Below the pieces are notes generated by a model, which was not told the DNA's origin, did not search any database, and worked only from the letters and a program-made list of their open reading frames with translations. A stretch of DNA of 64,000 nucleotides, from contig CALSNU010000001.1 of assembly GCA_943787795.1 (NCBI GenBank), positions 800,001-864,000 on the forward strand, in the 5' to 3' direction. Source of the stretch: an uncultured bacterium. GTDB lineage: Bacteria > Planctomycetota > UBA1135 > GCA-002686595. A program made the translations under genes and the position numbers. Below are positions 17,330 through 25,751 of this stretch, piece after piece (the first letter of the stretch is position 1; every line of letters begins with the position of its first letter).

Positions 17330-19707
17330 CGGTCGTTCTCCGCGGCCTTCCGGGTCCGCTCCTTCAGGTTCTTCTGCCGGCTGAGGATGTCTCGGGTGAG
17401 CGAGAGCACCGACTGCAAGCTGTCCCACTCACCGAGCTCACCGGTGAGGCGGTCCATGGTCTCGCGCAGCTCCGTGAGCCGGAGGTCCGCCTCGGAGAGC
17501 GCCGTCTTGGCGCTCTCCAGGTCGCCTGCGTCACGCACGGCCTCCAGGGACGTGATCCATGCCTCCATGCGGGGCCCGGTGGCCTCGAGGGCCAGGCCCA
17601 CGATTCGAACCAGGTCGCCCGCCCGCTCCGGGCTGCCGAGCTGGCCCGCGCTGAGCTCCCCCGAGATCTTGGCCCAGGCGTTGTCATCGAAGCTCCGCTC
17701 GGTCGATCCGGCCGTCAGTTCGACAAGGCGGCGCTCGAGCGCGCCGGCTCGCTCGTCGAGGCGAGAGTAGATCATCGCCTCGGCCAGGCCGGAGAGGTCT
17801 CGTGCGATGGAGCGCAGGTCACCGCGTTGCCGCCTCGCGTCGTTGGCGGCGTTGATCAGCTCCCCGGCGTCGGGGAGCTCGGCGGCGTCGCCAATCAGAG
17901 AGGACAGCAGCGCCTGCAGGTCGCGCTTCGCCGGCTCCATCGATCGGTCAAGGCGCTCCACGGCCTCCGCCGCGGCGCTCAACCCGTCCCGCTGACCGCG
18001 CATGAACTCGTCGGTGCCGACCACCCGGATCAGCAGGGCGCTCGTGCGGGAGAGGTTGGGCTCCGGCTCCCGGGTGTCTTCAGCCTCGATGAACAGTGCG
18101 GTCACGCTTCCCACGAGGGACTCGGCCGGCGGGAAGAGCTCCTTGACCTCCAGAGGGGTCGAGGCGAGGGCCGCCATGCGGCTCCGGCCCTCGGAGACCG
18201 TGGTCGCGTCGGTGACCACCGTGAGCCCAAGGGGGCGAGCCTCCATGACCTCGTCCGTCGCGGCGTCGCGCCCCTCGAGCCGGACCTCTCCGATGCCAAA
18301 GTCATCCCTCACGAGCACGCGTAGCGGGACGGCGCCGCCCTCCACGACCTCCGTCTCGCTGCGGCCGGGAGCCAGCACGAGCAGCTCCGGTCGTCGGTCG
18401 GGGACGACCTCGATCCCGAACAGCGCGGGGTCGGGGTTTCCGAGCCCCGCCGCGTCGGTCAACTCCACCCTGAAGCGGAGCGACTGGACCATCACGTCGG
18501 AGAAGCTCAGCCCGGGGGCGGGATCCAGCGAGACTCCGTCGGGGGGAGGCGGCCCCAGGTGGGGGAAGGGCTGCGGCTGGAGGTCCCGAACCAGGTCGTC
18601 AGGGAACGTCCGGACCACGCCGGTGGCGTCCTCGGGGTCCGTCTTCACGTGGACGGTGACGCGCGATCCAGCGAGGACCGACACCTTGGTCTCGGACTCC
18701 GTGCGGCGAGGGAGGCCGGCGTAAGCGGGCGGCTCAATCGCGAAGGCGAGGCCGGCGATGTCGGGGGGCTGGAGCACCTCGACCACGACCCTCGGGACGC
18801 CGCGGTTGTCGTCGCCCCCGGTGACCGTCAGGGAGGTCGACTCCTGAAGTGAGGGGAGCAGGGTGCGGTATTGACCCGGACCGCTGGGGCCCACATCGAG
18901 GGTCGTGCCGCTCTCGAAGCTGATGGTCACCAGCTCCGGGGACACGCCGTCAGCCTCCACCAGCACGGGCACGTCGCTCCCGCGGGCGGCTCGAACGAGG
19001 ATCACGCCCTCCTCGGGGCGCCTCACCTCGAGGCCGGGCGCGTCGTCCGGCACGGTGACCGTGAGGGTGGTCGCGCGGGGCCAGGCCACCTCGGCGCCGA
19101 GCATGCGGGCGGCGAAGATCCTGGCCATCGCAGGCTCGGCGGAGAGGGCCATGGCGGTCGCCGTCAGGGCGAGCACGGCCGTGCCCATACGGCGCCGTGG
19201 ACCCCGGCGGTCCGTGACCCGGCGGAGGTCAGCACGCGCGGCCAGGGCCTCGGCCCGGGCGGCCACGGCGCGGACGAGCTCCGCCGCGGGCGCCTCGGCG
19301 GGCACCGAGCCGTCCAGCTGGATCGCGCTCACGAAGAGGTCCTCACGGGCGTCCTCGTCCACCGCGCGCTCGGCGAGCATCGCCAGCTCGGACCGGCCAG
19401 GGAGCGCCTTGACGTGCAGGAACAGGCACCGGCGGAGCAGGTAGATCGTGCCGCCCGTGAGCACCGCGAGGTGAAGGATGCGGACGGGGGCCGGAAGCCG
19501 GAGCAGGCGGTCCGCCGCGTACATGAAGAGCAGCCACGCAGCCGTGGCAGCCACGACGGTTCCCACGCCGTGCAGGAGCACGCCGCGGGAGAGCGAGCCC
19601 CTGAGCCTGCGGAGCAGGGCGTCGAGGCGCGGAGTTTCCACCCGAGCCCTGGCGCCCTCGACGGCGCGATCGCCCATGGCGGCGTTGCTGGTGTCCTGTG
19701 CGCTCAT
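17326..19707 (-). CDS. Membrane-anchored protein with Ig-like domains and helical C-terminus (DUF4175-like N-terminal part)
   Basis: Three N-terminal hydrophobic segments, WPRAT, PPAYAGLP and LVRDDFGIG motifs; ATGA overlap with downstream gene. Confidence 0.65.
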   Translation of the reverse strand: MSAQDTSNAAMGDRAVEGARARVETPRLDALLRRLRGSLSRGVLLHGVGTVVAATAAWLLFMYAADRLLRLPAPVRILHLAVLTGGTIYLLRRCLFLHVKALPGRSELAMLAERAVDEDAREDLFVSAIQLDGSVPAEAPAAELVRAVAARAEALAARADLRRVTDRRGPRRRMGTAVLALTATAMALSAEPAMARIFAARMLGAEVAWPRATTLTVTVPDDAPGLEVRRPEEGVILVRAARGSDVPVLVEADGVSPELVTISFESGTTLDVGPSGPGQYRTLLPSLQESTSLTVTGGDDNRGVPRVVVEVLQPPDIAGLAFAIEPPAYAGLPRRTESETKVSVLAGSRVTVHVKTDPEDATGVVRTFPDDLVRDLQPQPFPHLGPPPPDGVSLDPAPGLSFSDVMVQSLRFRVELTDAAGLGNPDPALFGIEVVPDRRPELLVLAPGRSETEVVEGGAVPLRVLVRDDFGIGEVRLEGRDAATDEVMEARPLGLTVVTDATTVSEGRSRMAALASTPLEVKELFPPAESLVGSVTALFIEAEDTREPEPNLSRTSALLIRVVGTDEFMRGQRDGLSAAAEAVERLDRSMEPAKRDLQALLSSLIGDAAELPDAGELINAANDARRQRGDLRSIARDLSGLAEAMIYSRLDERAGALERRLVELTAGSTERSFDDNAWAKISGELSAGQLGSPERAGDLVRIVGLALEATGPRMEAWITSLEAVRDAGDLESAKTALSEADLRLTELRETMDRLTGELGEWDSLQSVLSLTRDILSRQKNLKERTRKAAENDR

Positions 19708-19714
19708 CCGTTCA

Positions 19715-20902
19715 TCAGCGGTGGAAGATCGGGAGGAAGTCGTACGGGATCTCGAGGATCAGGCAGGCCATGGCCGTGCTGAACGCGGCCCCAGGTCCGG
19801 TCTCATTGGGCCAGGAGCCGTCGGCCTTCTGATACCGGATCAGCAGCTCGCGCAGGCGCGTGAAGTAGTTCACCCAGTCGTGCCCGCCCTTCGTGTACAT
19901 GGCCTGCACGCCGTAGTAGTGGCCGTACCAGAAGAAGTAGTGACCGGCTGAACCGTAGCGCCGGTTGAAGCTGTCGAACTGCGAGTTCAGGAAGTCGACC
20001 CCCCGGTCAATCAGCTCGTCGGAGTAGATCCCGAGCCCGTTCAGGGCCGTGACTCCCGCGGAGGTCAGGGGGAAGGTCGAGCGGGACTGGGCCTGGCGCT
20101 GGTAGCTGAAGGTGCCGAGCGCGCTGTATCGAACGGAGCGGCGTTGGGTGCCGGTCACCGCGGAGTCCACGACGTAGCGGATGGCGAGGTCGACCGTTGA
20201 CTTCGGCACCCGGATCCCGATGTTCCGCGCCGCGCGGAGGGCGAGGACCTGACAAACCACGATCGACATGTCCGACTCGCGGGCGAGCGGCACGTACCGC
20301 CAGCCGCCCTCCTCGTTCTGGCACTTGACGATGAAGTCCACGGCCTTCTGGAGACGCAGTCGGACGTCCTCGCGGTGGGTCATGCCATAGATCTCCGCGA
20401 GGAAGAGCGTGGCGAAGGCGTGGCTGTACATCCGCGTCCCGGCGAAGGTGATGTAACCGTCTTCCTGGACACAGCCAAGGACGAAGTCCACGGCGCGGTC
20501 AAGGGCCTCTCCGTACTCGCCGCGACCCGGCAGGTGCCCGCCGGCCAGGAAGGCGATGCCCGCGAGTGAGGTGACGCCCACGTGGGCCGCAGAGGCGCTC
20601 GTGGAGCGGTAGGAGTTGTTCAGCTTGAAGCCGACCGCCGCGGTCCAGGACCCATCCTCGTTCTGCTCCCGAGAGAGCCACGCCAGGCCCCGTTCCGTGG
20701 CACGCTCTTGTTCCTCGGTGATCCTCACGCCGCGCGTGCTGCCGCTTCGCTTGAGGCCATCTCGGCCCCCTTCCTGGACCATCTCCAGGACCAGCGGTGT
20801 GGCGGGGGAGGGGCTCGAGTGGCCTGCGCTCCCAGAGCCGAGGGCCAGAAGACTCGCCAGGGTCACGGTGAGCGACCGGAGCTTGTGCGGGTGGATATTC
20901 AT
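19715..20902 (-). CDS. Exported prenyltransferase/squalene-oxidase-repeat protein, second paralog
   Basis: RGLAWLSREQNEDGSW, MYSHAFATLFLAE, CQNEEGGWRY, YQKADGSW; ends LPIFHR. Confidence 0.85.
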   Translation of the reverse strand: MNIHPHKLRSLTVTLASLLALGSGSAGHSSPSPATPLVLEMVQEGGRDGLKRSGSTRGVRITEEQERATERGLAWLSREQNEDGSWTAAVGFKLNNSYRSTSASAAHVGVTSLAGIAFLAGGHLPGRGEYGEALDRAVDFVLGCVQEDGYITFAGTRMYSHAFATLFLAEIYGMTHREDVRLRLQKAVDFIVKCQNEEGGWRYVPLARESDMSIVVCQVLALRAARNIGIRVPKSTVDLAIRYVVDSAVTGTQRRSVRYSALGTFSYQRQAQSRSTFPLTSAGVTALNGLGIYSDELIDRGVDFLNSQFDSFNRRYGSAGHYFFWYGHYYGVQAMYTKGGHDWVNYFTRLRELLIRYQKADGSWPNETGPGAAFSTAMACLILEIPYDFLPIFHR

Positions 20903-23900
20903 CGTTGCATCACGTCCATTCGCCTCGCGCCCATCATGACCAGGGATCCGCCGATCCCGCTGAGATTCCGCCAGCGCGCCGAGATGCCGCCAAACTCGAC
21001 GTTCCGGGTCTCAACGTGTCGCCCGGTGGCGGCGTCGAGAAACATGAGCCGCATCTCTGGCCGGACCGATCGGCGCTCGCCAGTGGTCTGGCGGATGAGC
21101 ATCGCGACGACGCCGCCTCCGAGCGCAGGGGCGGCAAGGCTCTCCACGCCGGAGGCCTGGAGCGGCCTGGATGAGGACTGTCTCCAGATGACGCCTCGGC
21201 TGGCGTGGATCCCCTCAAGGAGGGGAGGGGAGGTACCGTTCTCGGTGATCCCGACCATCAGCGGGCTGTCCAGGACCACCCGAGAGCGGATGTTGACCCC
21301 TACCAGGTGGGTCTTGCTGTCGAGCGCGGCCAGGGGGGACGAGCGGAGGATCCCGTTCTGTTCGTCGAGGGTGTGCAGGCCCAGTTCGGGCCGGCTCAGG
21401 TTGCTCCGCCGGGACCCGGAGTTGCCGACCCGCTCGAGCATCGCCAGGCGAACCCGCTTCGCGCTGCCGACCTCTACCGGGAGGTCCACCAGCCCCACGA
21501 GGTTGTGGACGCCACCATTGAAGCGGTCGAGGTCCACCTTCCAAAGCTCTCTTCCGTCGTCGAGGTCAAAGGCCACGACGCGGTTCTCCGAGCGGGTGTT
21601 GTATCCACCCTCGATGGTGGCGAGCACCAGCTGTCGACCGTCCGCCCAGGCCGACTGAGCCTCGCGGGAGTTGAGCTGACCGGTCTCCGGCGCGGCCAGG
21701 GGGTGTCCGGTCGAGAGGTCGTGGACTCCCGCCTTGGTCCCGCGCAGTGGCAGGAGGACGAAGCGCCCGTCGGAGACCTTGATCTCGGGGTGGAAGCGGT
21801 CGCCAATGACGCCGAGCTTCCACAGCCGGATGCCGAGCTCGGCGTCGACGCCGTACACCTCGGCGGGCTTCCCTGTGTCGAGGAAGCGAGAGACGATGAC
21901 CGCGACTCCGGCGGAGACGGTGGCCGAGGTGATCCCGCGATCGGGGAGCTCGAACACCCACTGGGGAGCGCCGGTGGCCGCGTCGCGGCTGATCACCCGG
22001 TCACGCTCCGCGATGATCACGTCGCCGCCTGTGGGGGAGACTCGAGGTGCTCGGTCGCGTCGACCCAGTCCGAGATCTGCGGGGACGCTCCACCGGACCC
22101 CGGTGCCAGGGGAGACCGCCGCCAGGCGATCCCTGGAGGCGGCCAGGAGGACCTGGCCGTCCGGGGCGACCCCGGCTCCGGGGCGTTCGGCCAGCCGCAT
22201 GGATCCGACCGGGGTGAAGTCGCCGTCGATGGAGTCCTTGATGGTCACCTGCTGATCGAAGGTCGAGCTGGTCGGAGCCTTGGCGGGCAGCGCCGCGCGC
22301 CAGCGAGCCGCGAGCTCTTCCAGCGGCAGAGTCCCGATCGACGAGAGCTCCACCTCAAGCGACGGGCGGTAGCGGGCGAGGTTCTCGACGATCCCTGCCC
22401 GGAGCTCGAGGTTGCCCGCCTCACCCATGACCTCGGCCAAACGGGCGAGCTGAGAGGCCTCTCGAGCCGTGCAGCGCGCCGGATGCCAGTCAAAGGAGAG
22501 CGACGAGATCACCAGCTGGGCGACCTGCTCGGGGTCTCCGCGTTCGATGGCGAACGCGACACGATCCTCGGCGGCGCGGGTGGCCGCCGCGGACCCAGGG
22601 AAGAGCCGAGGCAGGCGCTCGAGCAGCTCGTCGGAGCCAGTCAAGGCGTAGGCCGAGCGCGCGTCCTGCAGCGCTTCATCGGCCTCGGCCTCCAGGCCTG
22701 CGATGGCGACGGACTCGGGGTACAGCATCCTGACCGCGAAGATCCGCGCCGCCGCCCACTGGGCGCTCGTGGTGCCGAAGAGGCGCTCGTCGGGGAACTC
22801 GAGCAGGACTCGATGCAGGGCGGCCAGCTCAGCGGACAGGGCAGCGTCCAGGTCGGGGAGGACGCGGGCCATCTCCGCCTGGCTGATGCGGGCGAAGAGC
22901 CCCGCGGTGATCGTGGCCTGCTCGACGCTGCCCGCGCTCTCGGACGCGGGTCGCAGCGAGGTGGCTCGCGGCGTGACCGGACCCCTCCAAGGGTCGATCC
23001 AGAGCGAAGAGGCCATCAGGCGGCCGCCCGAGGCGTCAACGTCGCGCGCGCCCTCGACGACCCGGTTCAGGGCGCTCTCCGCGCTCCACCCAGCGTCGAG
23101 GGCGTTGGCCTCCACGGCCACCTCGAGGGCGGCGTGCCGCTCGAGGATCTCCTCGAGGATCGCCGCTCTAGCGAGATCGTCGCGGGAACGTTCGATCTCG
23201 AGGAGGGTCAGCAAGGCCGTCAGCCGAAGGGGCTGCGAGGCGCTGAACTCCACCGCGTCGCGGGCAGCCGCGCGGGCTGCATCCGCATCTCCCCGCAACC
23301 GCTCGCCGCGCGCGCGGAGCAAGAAGCCGCGGTGGGTCTGGTAGCGACGTAGCGCGAGGTCCGAACCGCGCTCGGGCGTCCCTGAACTGTCCGCCTCGAT
23401 AGCTGCGACCGCCGCCTCCGCCTCGCCCACGAGCGCGAGCGCCTCATCGACCATCGTGCCGCGCGCGAGCAACGCCTCCGCGCGCTCGAGCAGCAACCGG
23501 ACCAGCCCGAGGACCTCGGTCCTCGACGCCTCCGGCCGGAGCACCGCCGCCCGTGCCCGGGCGACCATGGCTGCCCACTCGAAGCGGGCGTTGAGGTAGT
23601 TGCCGTCGGTCGAGAAGAGCATGCCGTCGGCGACGAGCAGCTGCCCGGCGCCCAGCCGGCCTCCGGTCACCTGCTCTCGGACCCGGCCGCTGTCGCGGTC
23701 CAAGATCACGACCCCTTTCGAGGTCGGGACGAAGACGCTCTCGGCGTCGACAGCGGGGAACCCGTCATCGCTCCGGAGCACGCCCTCGAGCGGCCAGGCC
23801 CAGCCCCTCTCGAGCGGCGGTCCGAGCCGAGAACCTCGGGGGAAGTTGACGGAGACCACCGAGGTCCCGCCGAGGAGGATGCTGCGCTCGTCCGCGGCGA

Positions 23901-25746
23901 GCAGGAGCGCCAGGCCTGCGCCGGGCCGGCGGCGACTCCTCGTCGAGCGGATGCCCAGCTCGCGGGTCAAGAGTCGCTGATCCATGGACCAGAGCGTGGC
24001 CCCGGTCTCGGCGTCGAGCGCGATCAAGGCCTCTCCATCGAACGGCGCCACCAGGACCGTGTCACCCGAGATGATGGGCGGGGAGTTCCGCCACAGGTTG
24101 GCGATCCAGCCCGCTGCGTAGTACTGGGGCGGCTGGATCGGGACCTGATCGTAGAGCGCGTCCCAGCGGGTCTCCCCCGTGAACAGGTCCAGGGCGGCGA
24201 CCAGCCCGAGCTGGGTGGCGACGATGACCGTATCTCCAAACACCACCGGCGGCGGCGCCGAGAACTCGACGTTCGCCCGACCGAACATGTTCAGCGTGCG
24301 CTGCCCCGTGACGACGGGAGCAGACCACAGCACCTCGCCCGTCGAGAGGTCAAAGCAGCCGAGGTGGAGCTCGATGCGACCTCGGAGGCGTGCCATCGGC
24401 ACCAGGACGCGCGCCCCGACGATGGTGGGGGGGCCCACCACGGTCATGCGCTCGGCAAAGGACCCCGAGTCACCATCCCAGCCGTCGGGGGGCATGGTGT
24501 TCCACAGGGGCTCGCCGGTCTCGAGGTCGAGGGCCATGAGCCGGCGCTCAGGGATCTCCACGATGATGGACATCTCGTTGTACTGATCGCGCTGCTCGAA
24601 GGAGAACGGGATCTGGAGCGGCGCCACCACGATGCCGCGCCCCGCGGCGACCGTGACGATCCTCTCCGAGGTGTCCACTGCGTCGTCGAAGTCGCTCTTC
24701 CCGCGGCCGTTGTCCCAGTCGAGCGCCGAGGGCTCGAGGCTCCAGAGCGGAGACCCGTCGAAGGCGTCGATCGCGTGCACGCTCCGTGACGTGTTGACGA
24801 TGACGGTGTCCCCGACGCGCTGGGGGAAGAGTCGACTGGACCCGTTCAGGTTGGCGAAGGGGCCTCTGGGCAGCGTGAAGGGGGAGGGCCATGAGGCCGA
24901 ACCGTCCTCCCCGTCGCGAACCGAGGAGGTGATCGCCGCGGCCGCCACGGAGGTCGCCGGGCCCCGGGAGAAGCTGGCCTCCCGTGAGGCCCGAGAGCCG
25001 CCCTCGGCCCCGGACTCCTCGAGCAGAGCGGCCGCGAGGTCGGCGCGCGCGAGGGCCCCGGGGGCTCCGTCGCCGAGGTCGGCTCGGAGCGCTGCCCAGT
25101 CCTTGCGGGTGACGGTCACCCGTTGGGGCTGGCCGAGGCGCAGGGCCGCCGCGCGAGCCCAGGCACGGAGCCCGTCGCCCGCGTGGCCGAGCTCAAGCTC
25201 CAGGTCTCCGAGGGCCCACCAGGCACGCTCGGCGGACTCCGAGAGGGGCCAGCGCCGCGCCACGTCGGAGAGCCCACCTCGGTCTCCCGCCGCGATGGCA
25301 CGCTCGAGGGCGAGGCGCGCCCTGCGGCCGAAGCGCTGTCTGTAGAGGTCTCGACCCTCGGCGGGCAGGGCGAAGAGTTCGCGGGCTGCCCAGCTGGAGG
25401 CGCCAGGGTGGACGTCAGTCTGTGATGGCTTGAGCGCGCCCAGCGCCTGCGGGCGCTCGGCGCCGAGGACCTCGCCGCGGTGGTCTTCGATCAGAGTTTG
25501 TAGTCCCTCGATGGCCTCCGACCAGCGCCCCGCAGCCACATGGTCCGCGGCTTGATTGGCGACCGCTCGGGCGGCCTGGGTGTCGTAGAGCTGGAAGGCG
25601 CGCGGACGGAAGTTCTCGTCCGCTTCCTCCTGGGGCTCCGGCGCGGCCGCCGCGCCGACGGAGAGACACCATGCTGCCGTCGCCGCGAGCAAGAGAGGCC
25701 TGCTCGCGCCGCGCGCGGCTCGCGTTGTCTTCCAGTGGTCCACCAT
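20899..25746 (-). CDS. Large exported PQQ-like (BamB-type) beta-propeller repeat protein with TPR-like helical regions
   Basis: Repeated A.D..TG...W motifs (ALDLETGEPLW, FDLSTGEVLW, ALDAETGATLW, RDAATGAPQW); signal peptide. Confidence 0.75.
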   Translation of the reverse strand: MVDHWKTTRAARGASRPLLLAATAAWCLSVGAAAAPEPQEEADENFRPRAFQLYDTQAARAVANQAADHVAAGRWSEAIEGLQTLIEDHRGEVLGAERPQALGALKPSQTDVHPGASSWAARELFALPAEGRDLYRQRFGRRARLALERAIAAGDRGGLSDVARRWPLSESAERAWWALGDLELELGHAGDGLRAWARAAALRLGQPQRVTVTRKDWAALRADLGDGAPGALARADLAAALLEESGAEGGSRASREASFSRGPATSVAAAAITSSVRDGEDGSASWPSPFTLPRGPFANLNGSSRLFPQRVGDTVIVNTSRSVHAIDAFDGSPLWSLEPSALDWDNGRGKSDFDDAVDTSERIVTVAAGRGIVVAPLQIPFSFEQRDQYNEMSIIVEIPERRLMALDLETGEPLWNTMPPDGWDGDSGSFAERMTVVGPPTIVGARVLVPMARLRGRIELHLGCFDLSTGEVLWSAPVVTGQRTLNMFGRANVEFSAPPPVVFGDTVIVATQLGLVAALDLFTGETRWDALYDQVPIQPPQYYAAGWIANLWRNSPPIISGDTVLVAPFDGEALIALDAETGATLWSMDQRLLTRELGIRSTRSRRRPGAGLALLLAADERSILLGGTSVVSVNFPRGSRLGPPLERGWAWPLEGVLRSDDGFPAVDAESVFVPTSKGVVILDRDSGRVREQVTGGRLGAGQLLVADGMLFSTDGNYLNARFEWAAMVARARAAVLRPEASRTEVLGLVRLLLERAEALLARGTMVDEALALVGEAEAAVAAIEADSSGTPERGSDLALRRYQTHRGFLLRARGERLRGDADAARAAARDAVEFSASQPLRLTALLTLLEIERSRDDLARAAILEEILERHAALEVAVEANALDAGWSAESALNRVVEGARDVDASGGRLMASSLWIDPWRGPVTPRATSLRPASESAGSVEQATITAGLFARISQAEMARVLPDLDAALSAELAALHRVLLEFPDERLFGTTSAQWAAARIFAVRMLYPESVAIAGLEAEADEALQDARSAYALTGSDELLERLPRLFPGSAAATRAAEDRVAFAIERGDPEQVAQLVISSLSFDWHPARCTAREASQLARLAEVMGEAGNLELRAGIVENLARYRPSLEVELSSIGTLPLEELAARWRAALPAKAPTSSTFDQQVTIKDSIDGDFTPVGSMRLAERPGAGVAPDGQVLLAASRDRLAAVSPGTGVRWSVPADLGLGRRDRAPRVSPTGGDVIIAERDRVISRDAATGAPQWVFELPDRGITSATVSAGVAVIVSRFLDTGKPAEVYGVDAELGIRLWKLGVIGDRFHPEIKVSDGRFVLLPLRGTKAGVHDLSTGHPLAAPETGQLNSREAQSAWADGRQLVLATIEGGYNTRSENRVVAFDLDDGRELWKVDLDRFNGGVHNLVGLVDLPVEVGSAKRVRLAMLERVGNSGSRRSNLSRPELGLHTLDEQNGILRSSPLAALDSKTHLVGVNIRSRVVLDSPLMVGITENGTSPPLLEGIHASRGVIWRQSSSRPLQASGVESLAAPALGGGVVAMLIRQTTGERRSVRPEMRLMFLDAATGRHVETRNVEFGGISARWRNLSGIGGSLVMMGARRMDVMQR

Positions 25747-25751
25747 CTCTC

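Noticed and set aside
19715..20902. Squalene-hopene cyclase or terpene biosynthetic cluster
   Set aside because: Too short, exported, no DxDD motif seen, and no hpn genes nearby
21205..23352. Long opposite-strand ORFs (also 1499-3154, 28916-30433, 55644-57659, 59854-61503)
   Set aside because: Antisense shadows of real genes, expected at high GC; no family motifs
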